From an uncultured bacterium (GTDB taxonomy: Bacteria > Cyanobacteriota > Vampirovibrionia > Gastranaerophilales > Gastranaerophilaceae): DNA of 64,000 nucleotides. This document shows positions 1 through 10,300 of the stretch, in pieces; within the stretch, counting starts at the first letter, position 1; the number at the start of each line of letters is the position of its first letter. The notes beneath the pieces are model-generated. The model worked only from the letters and a program-made list of their open reading frames with translations, was not told the DNA's origin and searched no databases. The translations under genes were made by a program, and so were the position numbers. Location of the stretch: contig CASDWH010000016.1 of assembly GCA_949284715.1 (NCBI GenBank), positions 12,817 through 76,816 of the forward strand, written 5' to 3'.

Positions 1-168
1 GCACATATATTTACCCCGGCCGGCTTCATATCTCCCCGGCTTTTTCTTTATGAGAACACTCAAAAAGTCAAAAATGTACACATTCCGCAAACTCTTATAT
101 ATCCGGCTTGTTATTATATCTTTATTAAAATATAATATTAATCAGGGATAGTATTAAGGAGAGCAGTT

Positions 169-1635
169 TTGATAAAACGTATTAGCATTATAATTGCAGT
201 TTTGGCTCTATTATGGGGCGGGTATTTCTATCTGGAACATAAACCGGAATTTGATTATAAACAAGCACAGTCAGCGTTTACCTCAGGCGGGGATGAAAAA
301 GCGTTCAAACTTGCAGGCAGCGCCTACAGAAGCGATATCACCAATAATAATTACAGAAAACTTTTCCTTGATACCATTATCAGGCTGGATGGCTCATACG
401 AGGCGCAGGAAGCATTAATAGAATTTGTTAATGACGGAATTTATGATATATATCAAACCAGAGCAATTGAATACTTTCATGAGCTTGAAGAAAGGTTTGC
501 ACAAAAATATCAGCCTAATTATATAAAACTTGTTCCTTATAATGATAAAATTATACGCTGGGGCAAAAACCCGATAAAAGTCTGTATTAAAAAACGCGAT
601 GATTTAGCTCTGTATTTTATAAATGAAGTTGAAAGCGCTCTAATGGAATGGCAGCGCGCTACAGGCAATAAACTTGTATTTGTTTTTGATGATAAAAACC
701 CTGATATAACTATTGAATTTGAAGATTTAACCATTAATGAAAATGCCAAAGACAACCAGAATCTCTATATTGTAGCAAATACAGAACCGGTATTTGACGG
801 CAGTACTTTGCAAAGTATGAAGATTACACTTTATACAAAAAATAATCAGGGTAAATATTTCTCAGCGGAAGAGATTTATAACACAGCGCTTCATGAAACG
901 GCTCATGCGCTAGGTATATTCGGACACAGCAGAAATCCGGAGGATGTTTTATACCTCTCCTCTCCGAACGTTACGAAAAAAGATTACAAAAAACTCTCAC
1001 AAAGCGATATTAACACAATGAAACTTCTGTATGATATCAAGCCGGATATTACAGCAGGAAAACCTTCATACAGTATTCATCCTAAAATGATATTTGGGGA
1101 GCCGGAAGAGATTAACAAAACAAAAGTTTCAGAAGCAGAAAATTATATTCGTCAGGCGCCGTCACTTCCTAACGGGTATATTGATTTAGCGCAGACTGCT
1201 ATATTTGCTAAGGATTATGATAAGGCGCGTGATTGCCTGAAACGTGCAATCAAACTGGCTTCAGATAACAATACCAAATTCATTATTTACTATGATTTTG
1301 CAGTTATATGTTACGAAACCGGTGATATGAATAAAGCACTCTACTATACACAGGAGGCGCAAAAATATCGCAGCAAAAACAGTGTTACCGCTCTGCTTGC
1401 TAATATCTACTACAAAAAACACGATTACAAAAAGGCTATTGAGCAGTATGAAATTTTAGTTAGCGAATATCCTCAAAGTATTATGTACAGTGTAAATTTA
1501 ACAAAACTGTATATTAATCAAAGAAAATTGATACGTGCAGCCAAAGTATTGACAAAGTTAATAGCGGTTAATCCTGAAGCCGGAGAGGATAAACGGGTCA
1601 AAAAGCTTAAATGGGTGCTGATTTTCGGAAGATAA
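169..1635 (+). CDS. membrane-anchored zinc metalloprotease-like protein with C-terminal TPR-like repeats
   Basis: TTG start 7 nt after AAGGAG. N-terminal hydrophobic anchor (IIIAVLALLWGGYFYL). HETAHALGIFGH matches the HExxHxxGxxH zincin motif. The C-terminal third has TPR-like helices (DYDKARDCLKRAI, DMNKALYYTQEAQ, DYKKAIEQYEIL). Confidence 0.6.
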   Translation: MIKRISIIIAVLALLWGGYFYLEHKPEFDYKQAQSAFTSGGDEKAFKLAGSAYRSDITNNNYRKLFLDTIIRLDGSYEAQEALIEFVNDGIYDIYQTRAIEYFHELEERFAQKYQPNYIKLVPYNDKIIRWGKNPIKVCIKKRDDLALYFINEVESALMEWQRATGNKLVFVFDDKNPDITIEFEDLTINENAKDNQNLYIVANTEPVFDGSTLQSMKITLYTKNNQGKYFSAEEIYNTALHETAHALGIFGHSRNPEDVLYLSSPNVTKKDYKKLSQSDINTMKLLYDIKPDITAGKPSYSIHPKMIFGEPEEINKTKVSEAENYIRQAPSLPNGYIDLAQTAIFAKDYDKARDCLKRAIKLASDNNTKFIIYYDFAVICYETGDMNKALYYTQEAQKYRSKNSVTALLANIYYKKHDYKKAIEQYEILVSEYPQSIMYSVNLTKLYINQRKLIRAAKVLTKLIAVNPEAGEDKRVKKLKWVLIFGR

Positions 1636-1663
1636 TAAATTATTATTAATTTATTGTTATAAT

Positions 1664-1691
1664 TTGCCCTTGCACGATTTACTGTTAATAT
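1664..1691 (+). promoter_or_regulatory. sigma-70-type promoter TTGCCC-16-(TGt)TAATAT ending 6 nt before the ATG at 1698 (leaderless candidate)
   Basis: The hexamers were read directly. There is no purine-rich SD between the -10 and the ATG. Confidence 0.4.
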
Positions 1692-1697
1692 ATAAAT

Positions 1698-3710
1698 ATG
1701 GCAAGAATACTTTTTATAACCGATTCAGATGAGAAAGAGAAACTAGTCAAATCAGCAGTTAAAGGTAAGGAATTTTTGGTATCTTCCGAAGAAATTAATA
1801 TTGAGGATATCTTAAAGGTAGAAACGCCGGACATTGTTATCCTTGATTGCGATATCCAGAAACTTGATATAAAATCCGTCATAAAAACTGTTAAACATTA
1901 TCCGGTTATACTTATTCTATATGCCGGCGAAAAACCGGTAGGCAAAGATATTACTAATCACGCTAACCTTATAATTTCAAAAGATGCAGATAAAAATATT
2001 ATTTCCGCCATTATAGATGCGGGACTCAGAACAGGAACATCGCTCCAGAAACTTGCCGATTCAAACCAGGAATTAGCGCGCAGTCTGTACCAGTTAAATG
2101 TTCTTTACAATACAAGCTCACAGCTTGCAGGCTCACTTGACAAAGAAGAACTTATAAAAATTATGATTGAAGGAATTGATAAGTCATTAAATTTTGATTT
2201 GGCGTGTGTGCTTATTTTCCGTTCTCCGCGGGAGCCGGTTCTGGTGATTAATTCTATTTATAATATATCAGACAGGCTTCTGGAGGCCCTGAAACTCCGT
2301 GCTATCCTGAGTTACAAATCTATTATCGAAGATCCTCCTGTTGATATTAAAATCGGAAATTTAAAAATAGAAAAAGCAGTAAAACATACAATTAAAGAGT
2401 ATGATTTTTCAGTACTCAGGTTTGACAGTATGTTTTCCAAGATAAGCTTTAATGATGATTTTTACGGATTCGTGGAAATATACCGTTCCGCACCGTTTAA
2501 TACGGAAGATGCGACATGTTTTCAAACCCTTGTAAGACAGGTCAGCCTGCCAATCAGAAGCGCCTCATTATATCAGGAAATAAAAGAAACTAACAGAAAG
2601 CTCGAAAAACTTGAACGGCTTAAATCAGACTTTATTTCTATTGTTTCGCACGAACTAAGAACCCCGCTTACGGCCATTAAAAACGCTATGGATATTATCT
2701 TGAGCGGTAAAGCCGGAAAATTGAGCGAAAACATCGAAAAATTCGTAACAATGGGCAAGAGAAATACCATAAGATTATCCGGTATTATCAATGATTTGCT
2801 TGATATTTCCAAGATTGAAGCCGGGAAAATGGACTTCCGATTTGCGCTAATCAATATTAATCCTGTCATAGAATATGTAAAATCTAATCTTACCGAAATG
2901 GCAAAAGAAAAGAATCTGGAAATAAAATATACACCTATGAGCAAGGATATAGAAATCTTTGCGGATTCTAACCGGTTAGAACAGGTGCTTACTAATCTTG
3001 TTTCAAACGCAATAAAATTTACACCTGACTCGGGAAAAATAGAAATTTCTGCAAAAGTGATTAATGCGCGCGATATTCAGTATGACCACTGTTTTGAGGA
3101 AGAAATAAAGCGGCTGCGCGGCAATTATTTGCAAGTCTGCGTGGAAGATAAAGGCATTGGCATTGAACGTAAAGACTTAAACCATGTATTTGACAAATTT
3201 GCACAAATAGAAAATCCTCTTTCACGTAAAGTCGGCGGCTCAGGACTGGGGCTTCCTATTGCAAAACAGCTTATGGAAGCGCATAACGGAGCTATATGGT
3301 GCGACAGCGAAATTTCCAAGGGTTCAAGATTCTATTTTGTAATTCCGGTTGCAAATGATAAAAACAACTTTGACACAATTAAAAAGCAAATGATTGTCAA
3401 AGCAAAATCTAACGGAACCACACTTGCAATAATAAATATAACAGGCAAAGGCGGATTTATAGAATATCTGTTGAACACTGAAAATATTATTAACAAAGCA
3501 TTTTTACAGAACGCACTTATTGAAAAGAATAATGACGGCAAGACTTCTATCACAATGCTCATGCCGGAAGGCGACAAGCCATCAGCAGAATTTTTAAAAA
3601 CCAGAATACTATCAGAAGCCGACAAATATGAGTCAGGCGGCAATAAGTGTGATATAATGTATTCATACGAGATTGAAGGAGATTCTCATGAAAAAAATCC
3701 TCATAGTTGA
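1698..3710 (+). CDS. sensor histidine kinase (receiver-like N-domain, GAF-like segment, HisKA, HATPase_c, ~130-aa unknown C-terminal extension)
   Basis: H-box SHELRTPL. ATPase boxes LVSNAIKFT, DKGIGI and GGSGLGLPIAK. N-terminus ILFITD...DIVILDCD resembles a receiver fold. Confidence 0.85.
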   Translation: MARILFITDSDEKEKLVKSAVKGKEFLVSSEEINIEDILKVETPDIVILDCDIQKLDIKSVIKTVKHYPVILILYAGEKPVGKDITNHANLIISKDADKNIISAIIDAGLRTGTSLQKLADSNQELARSLYQLNVLYNTSSQLAGSLDKEELIKIMIEGIDKSLNFDLACVLIFRSPREPVLVINSIYNISDRLLEALKLRAILSYKSIIEDPPVDIKIGNLKIEKAVKHTIKEYDFSVLRFDSMFSKISFNDDFYGFVEIYRSAPFNTEDATCFQTLVRQVSLPIRSASLYQEIKETNRKLEKLERLKSDFISIVSHELRTPLTAIKNAMDIILSGKAGKLSENIEKFVTMGKRNTIRLSGIINDLLDISKIEAGKMDFRFALININPVIEYVKSNLTEMAKEKNLEIKYTPMSKDIEIFADSNRLEQVLTNLVSNAIKFTPDSGKIEISAKVINARDIQYDHCFEEEIKRLRGNYLQVCVEDKGIGIERKDLNHVFDKFAQIENPLSRKVGGSGLGLPIAKQLMEAHNGAIWCDSEISKGSRFYFVIPVANDKNNFDTIKKQMIVKAKSNGTTLAIINITGKGGFIEYLLNTENIINKAFLQNALIEKNNDGKTSITMLMPEGDKPSAEFLKTRILSEADKYESGGNKCDIMYSYEIEGDSHEKNPHS

Positions 3711-4065
3711 TGATGAGCAGGATATCGTCGAAAGTTTAAAATTTGTGCTGGAAGTTTCAGGTTACACCTGTTACACGGCATACAACGGCGAGGATGGGCT
3801 TAAGCTGGCAAAAGAACTTCTGCCTGACCTTATTATACTTGATGTTATGATGCCAAAAATTAACGGGTATAAAATAAGCCGGCTCTTAAAATATGATAAC
3901 AAGTATAAAGATATTCCTATTATTATGCTTACAGCGCGTTCACAGACAGAGGACAAACTGATAGGCGAAGAAACAGGGGTTAACGAGTATATTACAAAAC
4001 CGTTTGAACTTGACCAGATTGTTAAAAAAGTTGAAGAATACATAGGACAAGATAAGCAGGAATAA
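3688..4065 (+). CDS. single-domain response regulator (CheY-like receiver)
   Basis: KKILIVDDEQDIV...DLIILDVMMP...MLTAR...KPF. The ATG at 3688 follows GAAGGAG and is preferred over the TTG at 3673. The gene overlaps the kinase 3' end. Confidence 0.85.
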   Translation: MKKILIVDDEQDIVESLKFVLEVSGYTCYTAYNGEDGLKLAKELLPDLIILDVMMPKINGYKISRLLKYDNKYKDIPIIMLTARSQTEDKLIGEETGVNEYITKPFELDQIVKKVEEYIGQDKQE

Positions 4066-4104
4066 TATTAGTATTACTATTTTCAAACGCAGCAAAGGCG
4101 GGAT

Positions 4105-5487
4105 ATGGAAACAGTCACAAACAAAACTTTAGAAAAACTCAAATATGAACTCGTAAGAGATGGAATAGTTTCTTATGAAGTCCTTGAGCAGGCAGATGAG
4201 CTTGCAGATTCCCAAAATATTAATATCGGACAGGCGTTAATTAATTCAGGTGTAATAGATGAAGTAAAACTTTTAAAATTTCTTGAAACAAAACTCCATA
4301 TTCCCTACGTTAATCTGGAGGATTATACACCTGATTCTAAATGCTTTTCATTTATTAATTACACTGACGCAAGACGATATAAAATAATCCCGCTGTTTAA
4401 AATTGAAGATGTTCTTACTGTTGCAATGGCAGATCCGCTGGATTTATTTGCCATTGATAAAATAATTGAATCTGCTGAATGTTCTATAGAGCCGGTCATT
4501 GCGTCAGAAACAGCAATACAAAAAAAGATAGATGAATATTATAATGCCGCAGAAACAGTTAAAGAAATTTATCTTAACGAAGATTCAGCCGGATTTGACT
4601 GGAGAGAAGAACTTCATAAAGATACCTCTGGAGATGACCATATTCAACGGATTATACGTGCAATCCTTAAGCAGGCAATTATTGAAGGGGTACACGAAAT
4701 TTATTTTGAACAGTCCGATGACGGACTGGGTGTATTCTTTAAACGGAACGGAGAAACAATAGAACGCGGGCTTTTACCGTCATTTTTATCCGCCTCTTTT
4801 GTTGTAAAACTCAAAACCCTGTCAAACCTCGACCCTACTGTATGCGAAATTCCGCAGCTTGGCAAATTATGCTTTAAAGTAGATGAAATAATGCTTACTG
4901 CCAGTATTTCAGCATTTCCTACCATTATGGGCGAAAGAATACTGTTAAAAATTTATAAAAAACCAAAACCGTTAGAAGAACTTATCCCTGACGAAAACCA
5001 GCGCCGCATCATCCAGACGGCAATGGAAAAACCCGGGATTATATTAGTCTGCGGCTCTTCATTGAGCGGTAAAACCCATGTAATCTATTCTATTTTGCTT
5101 GACAGCGCAGACGGCAAGAGAAATATTATGAGCATTGAGTCCATTGCTAAATATAATCTTCCCAATGTCCACCAGTGCGAACTCAATGAGAATGTAGGTT
5201 TTAATATGGACAAAGCGCTAAGGTTCATTGAATTCCAGCACCCGGACATTCTTTATTTAGAAGGAGTTAAAACTAAAGAGGGAATAGAATTCTTGTCAGA
5301 ATTGTTCTATAACGATAAGACCGTTATTACAGAATTTTTAGCAAACAGTATGACTGATTTAAGGCAGAAGATGAATTATATTGATTTTGAATCCTTTAAA
5401 TCTCTTATAAGCTGTCTGGTATTTATACACTCACAAAACAGTATCGAAGTTTTTGATAAATCCACAATAAAAAAATACTTGGTATAA
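4105..5487 (+). CDS. GspE/PilB-family (T2SS-E type) ATPase-like protein with MshEN/GspE_N-like N-domain and degenerate catalytic boxes
   Basis: The N-terminus has two MshEN-like 24-mers (KLKYELVRDGIVSYEVLEQA..., NIGQALINSGVIDEVKLLKFLETKL). Walker A GSSLSGKT is present (5053..5076). The Asp box, Walker B and His box are diverged (SIESIAKY, HPDILYLEGVKTKE, no His-box histidines). Confidence 0.6.
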   Translation: METVTNKTLEKLKYELVRDGIVSYEVLEQADELADSQNINIGQALINSGVIDEVKLLKFLETKLHIPYVNLEDYTPDSKCFSFINYTDARRYKIIPLFKIEDVLTVAMADPLDLFAIDKIIESAECSIEPVIASETAIQKKIDEYYNAAETVKEIYLNEDSAGFDWREELHKDTSGDDHIQRIIRAILKQAIIEGVHEIYFEQSDDGLGVFFKRNGETIERGLLPSFLSASFVVKLKTLSNLDPTVCEIPQLGKLCFKVDEIMLTASISAFPTIMGERILLKIYKKPKPLEELIPDENQRRIIQTAMEKPGIILVCGSSLSGKTHVIYSILLDSADGKRNIMSIESIAKYNLPNVHQCELNENVGFNMDKALRFIEFQHPDILYLEGVKTKEGIEFLSELFYNDKTVITEFLANSMTDLRQKMNYIDFESFKSLISCLVFIHSQNSIEVFDKSTIKKYLV

Positions 5488-5505
5488 TCCGGGGCATAAT
5501 CACAA

Positions 5506-6588
5506 ATGGGAGATGAAGACAAACAGTTTGAGGCGACGCCTCAGAAACTGGACAAAGCACGAAAAGAAGGACAGGTTGTCAAATCCAGAGAGGTTGGCAT
5601 AGCACTTTCGCTGCTTATAATGTTCTATATTATAAAAGGCATTGCACCTTTTTTGTGGAACCAGATTAGCGGAATGTTCACAAACCTTTACGAACAAATA
5701 CCCAATGCTCATATTTCTGACATAGGCATTTCGTATATTATGACAGTTACACTTGTACCGTTTGCTTTAATAGTGTTTCCATTGCTATTTATTGCAGCAT
5801 TTATCTCAATATTATCTGATTTTATGCAGGTAGGCCCTCTTGTAACAGTTGCCCCGCTTGTGCCAAAACTTGATAAATTGAACCCTACCAAATATTTCAA
5901 AAACCTTATTAATCCCAAAACTTTTTTTGAACTATTTAAAAATATTCTAAAAGTAGTTGTCTTAGGTTATGTGGGCTGGATGGTTTACAGCGACCACCTT
6001 GAGAATATATTAATGCTTGCAGCTATTGATAATCAGTTTGCAATAATGGTAGAATTCGGCGCTTTAGTAGTAGAATTCGTTTTCAAAGCAGGAATAGCAT
6101 TTCTTGTCATTGCAGCAGCAGATTACGGAGTTACACGCTGGAAGTTTTTAAAAGATCAAAAAATGTCATTTAAAGAAATCAAAGACGAGTATAAAAACTC
6201 GGAAGGAGATCCAAACGTCAAAGCGGCATTAAGGCAGCGCCGTATGGCCATGCTCCAGAGAGGTGCTATGGATAGTGTTCCGGATGCCGATTTCGTTGTG
6301 AGAAACCCCATTCACGTCGCCTGCGCACTTAAATATGACGCTGAAACAATGCAATCCCCAACTCTCATAGCTAAAGGTACAGAGCTTATAGCAAAACAAA
6401 TTATAGAAATAGCAGAGAAACATCAGGTACCTGTTATTGACAACCCGCCTGTGGCAAGAGCGCTTTTCCGGCTGGTTGAAATTAACCAGGAAATTCCGCC
6501 GGAACTCTATAAAGCAGTCGCTGAAATTTTACTTTTTGTATACGGCTTGAAAAATAATAAAAAACAAGGTAATATAGAGAAAAGTTAA
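5506..6588 (+). CDS. flhB: flagellar export apparatus protein FlhB
   Basis: N-terminus EDKQFEATPQKLDKARKEGQV. Four TM segments. Autocleavage-site region VVRNPIHVACALKY (NPTH-type). Tail IDNPPVARALF. Confidence 0.9.
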   Translation: MGDEDKQFEATPQKLDKARKEGQVVKSREVGIALSLLIMFYIIKGIAPFLWNQISGMFTNLYEQIPNAHISDIGISYIMTVTLVPFALIVFPLLFIAAFISILSDFMQVGPLVTVAPLVPKLDKLNPTKYFKNLINPKTFFELFKNILKVVVLGYVGWMVYSDHLENILMLAAIDNQFAIMVEFGALVVEFVFKAGIAFLVIAAADYGVTRWKFLKDQKMSFKEIKDEYKNSEGDPNVKAALRQRRMAMLQRGAMDSVPDADFVVRNPIHVACALKYDAETMQSPTLIAKGTELIAKQIIEIAEKHQVPVIDNPPVARALFRLVEINQEIPPELYKAVAEILLFVYGLKNNKKQGNIEKS

Positions 6589-6595
6589 CTTTTAA

Positions 6596-7288
6596 TTGGT
6601 TATGGAAAATAGTTCTATATTAAAACAATACATCGGTGTTGTTCAGAGAGTAGCGAGAATAGAGCATAAGAGAATGCCAAAGCATATGCTTGAGTATGAA
6701 GAACTCGTAAGCATTGGCATCATTGCCGTTCAAGCAATGATAAAGAACAAAACACCTGAACAGCTTGCTCAATATAACGAGGCCTATATGGGAACCGCTA
6801 TTAAGTGGGCTATAAGGAATGAACTAAGACACAGATATAAATGGTATTCCATCAAAACCAAAACAAAAAATACTGATGATGATTATATCGAAGAAGGTGA
6901 AGAAGAAACTGATTCTGATGAATCAACCGGTTTTAACATTTCACCCGGCAAAGTCCGCGAAGCTGTATATGAAACAATCCTTTCGATAGACGGACTTGCT
7001 ACTGCTGCATCAGACAATGCATCGCCTTTTGATTTCATTAAAGACCCCTCTGCCATGCCTGATGAAAAAGCTGAGATTGTAGAAATGTCCAGACTTATTA
7101 AGGAAGCAATCGCAAAACTTCCTCCTAAAGAAAGAACCGTTGTTGAATACCGGTTTTACAGAAATATGCAGGCAAAAGATATTGCTACTGCAATAGGACT
7201 TTCTCCATCCAGAATTACACGTATTGTCCAAGCCTCGTTAAATAATATAAGGGAATACTTAAAAGCCCACGGGCGGGTCGATTATTAA
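6596..7288 (+). CDS. fliA: sigma-70-family sigma factor, FliA/sigma-28-like, with an acidic insert
   Basis: Region 2-like GTAIKWAIRNELRHRY. Region 4.2 HTH DIATAIGLSPSRITRIVQASL. It lies immediately after flhB, and sigma-28-type promoters are present in the window. The start may be the ATG at 6602. Confidence 0.7.
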   Translation: MVMENSSILKQYIGVVQRVARIEHKRMPKHMLEYEELVSIGIIAVQAMIKNKTPEQLAQYNEAYMGTAIKWAIRNELRHRYKWYSIKTKTKNTDDDYIEEGEEETDSDESTGFNISPGKVREAVYETILSIDGLATAASDNASPFDFIKDPSAMPDEKAEIVEMSRLIKEAIAKLPPKERTVVEYRFYRNMQAKDIATAIGLSPSRITRIVQASLNNIREYLKAHGRVDY

Positions 7289-7315
7289 TTTTTGTAACAA
7301 GTCTTTTATAATTAT

Positions 7316-7342
7316 TAAAGTTTTAAACCATATTGCCGTTAT
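7316..7342 (+). promoter_or_regulatory. sigma-28 (FliA)-type promoter TAAAGTTT-N11-GCCGTTAT
   Basis: Compared with the enterobacterial consensus TAAAGTTT-N11-GCCGATAA, the -35 matches 8/8 and the -10 matches 6/8. It ends 24 nt before the ATG at 7367. Confidence 0.6.
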
Positions 7343-7366
7343 ATAGACTATATATCTGGTAAAGTT

Positions 7367-10300
7367 ATGAGTGAATATTCTTTTGGAAACAGTGCGAAAT
7401 TTGATTTATCCCATATAAAAGCAGGTATTGCTATTGACGAAGACAATCTTTTTTTGAAAAAATATGATAAAAATAACAATAGTATTTTTGACGCTTCAGA
7501 AGTAAATACTTTGAAATCCGATTTGGAAAAATACAGCGGCGGGGATAAAGTTCTTGATGAGAATGAAAGTATTTCATTATTTGCAAACGTAATGAATATG
7601 TCGATTTCCAGCGTAAAGCAATTATTCAGGCAGAATAACAATAATATGGTATATGAGTCTTTTGAATCATTATATACCGCGCAGGCTTATGATAATGCCG
7701 CAAATAATATCTTATCAAACGCACAAATGGGCTTACAAATATATTACAAGGCACAGGGCGGCAGCATAAGCAAAGCCTGGAATTCTATAAAAGAATTCTG
7801 GAACACTGAATATGCAGGCGATAAAGTATACAGACAGCTTGCCGGAAATATGGCATCTGGTCTGCTTTTAAAGAAAGCTCAGGCGAATGGCGGAATCACA
7901 AAAAAAGATTACATTGAAACTAAAATCGAGTTTCTAAAAGTACTGCTCGGCGGAGAATCCTTAAAACCGGATGAAACAGCTATGATAGAAAAAGCTGTCG
8001 GCAAAATGTCTGTCGGAGAATTAGAAGTACTTATAACCACTTTAAAAAACGCAGAGAACAGCGAATACCCGCAGCTTGTAGATAGTACCCTGAAAGATTT
8101 AGCCTCAAAAGCATTCTCCTCGCACGACGGTGACGGTTTTACAGTCATAAGCCCCAATTCTATTGATGGTATTTTGCAATCTGACACCGCCCTGGAGCCG
8201 CTGTCTTTTGAACAGGTGTTTGAATTAGAACAGGGTGTAGAATTTAGTGCTGATATGGTAAATAAATATGCCGAGCAAGAACGTAAAGTCAAAATACTCG
8301 TTACAATTAATAACAGAATTGCAGAACTAACAGGTAATATCAATGAACCGCTGCAAGCATTAGAAGAACTTGATGCAGCAAAAGATTCCCCTGAAAAAAT
8401 GGAGGAAGCATACAATAACTTAAGCAGGGAAATTGTCAAAACACTTGAAAATTTATATGGCACACGGGCAAATGAAATGCTTGCAGAATACGGGTTTGCA
8501 GATGCTGAAATCGAAAACGGCACAATTGTTTTTGACAAACAGAATAATAAATATACCGCATTAACAGAATTAGCACATAAAATTCAAAATGATTTAAATT
8601 CCAAAATACAGACATCAATTGACGGAAAATCCATAGAACAATGTGAAAGAGAGCTTGGTGCAAGATATGCAATGGCATACGGCGAAAAAAATGCAGTCGA
8701 TTTAGCTGAAAAATTCCAATCAAGCCAGGAGGCTGGAGTAGGTTATGCTAAAATGCTTGTAACCGCAGCAGGAGCAGTACCGTGTATTATAAGCGGAGGT
8801 TCTTTAATACCTGTAGGAATAGGTTTAGCTGCAAGCGCATTCGGTTCTGCGGCAGTATCTTATGCGGAAGCCTCTACAAAAGACGGCGGACTAACACCGG
8901 AAGATAGAGAAGCTATTAAGTCAGAAATCCTGACAGGTTTAGCACTCACCGCAGCCGGCGGCGCAGTCGGTAAAACCTCGGCTTTAATCGGACAGGAACT
9001 TATGAAACAGTGTCCTAAACTCATTGCCTATATAGGAGAGTACGGATCTGACGCAGTAATGGGACTTTTAACTGATTTGGCCATTACCGGTGATGTCGAC
9101 CTGCAAGGTGAAGGTATTGCACAATTAATAAATATCGCAACCGGTATCCATGCCGGCAGAAAAGCTAAAGTTCACTCAACCGAATACAAAACAAGAATAA
9201 ATGAAAATCATAAATATAGTTTCTCAGATATATTTGCAAGAGATCTTTCCTGGAATGAAGTTCATGATTATGTAACAAACCTTGCTGTTAAACGCGGTTC
9301 AAATCTAAGCAGCGAGGAACTGAAAAGCATTTCAGAAGCGCTGCATAAAATGAAAAAGGATAACAGCCCGTTATATCAAGATATTCAAAACTCGGGAATA
9401 TTGAAGCTTGTTGAAGAAGGTAAAATAAGCTTTGATGTACTTAAAGATGTATGTGTAAATGCAAATAAAAACACGCGTATGTCATCTGCGTTAATGGAGG
9501 ATTGCAAAAAACTAAGTAACGGCGAATCTGTTGTAAGGGAATACTCTTCCAATTCAAATTTAAATCAGGTATTTAAAACAACACAAACAGGCGAAGTTGT
9601 TGAGGTCAGTTCTCAACTATACATCAACGACGGCAAAAGTATGGTTAAAGTTAACATGACAAAAGAAAAATATCTGGAACTTTTCCCGCCGTTCAAGAGA
9701 TTTGACATTAACCAGAATGATAGTAAACATGCCGGTAACTGCTGGTATCTTGAAACAATGCACAACCTGTATCAAAACCCGTCAACACGTATAAATATTT
9801 TAAAATTATTCAGACAGGAAGGAAACGACATATATATCAAACTTCCAAACAGCAAATACGAATACAAGTTCTCAAATGGAGAAGTTCCTAAAAATAAACA
9901 AGATAACCAGTATTACTTATCAGACAGCCCTAAATGGGTTAATATGCTGGAATATGTCGGCGCGTTCACCCGCAGAAGAAACGGGAAGCCGTCAATGGAA
10001 GACCAGTTTTCACCAGAAGCATTAAAACAAGCCAAAATTATGACAGATGATAATGTTATTGATGTTTCAAGTTATATCTTTGCCAATAGAATTGGAGGTA
10101 ATCATACTTCAGGAATGCTGTATAACCTGTACTCTGGAACCCCTGAAGAGGCGCTGGAAATGCTTACCGGAAAAAATGCAACGACAACAACATATTATAT
10201 TGATAATGGGGATAAATATTATGGCGCAGCTACTACAAAAGAAAAATCCAAAACACGAAAAACACAGCATAAAGAAATAAAAAAACTATTACAGGATTTA

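Noticed and set aside
1-168. Possible gene end or RNA at the window start
   Set aside because: There is too little sequence. Only a CCGG-rich segment and one TATTTACCCC decamer are visible, and no ORF or fold can be supported.
7909-8538. 209-aa minus-strand ORF inside the 1037-aa gene, and other embedded antisense ORFs (20849..21316, 48817..49338, 60865..61593, 62402..63058)
   Set aside because: They are shadow ORFs on the opposite strand of longer, motif-bearing genes. Their composition is Ser-rich and low-complexity.
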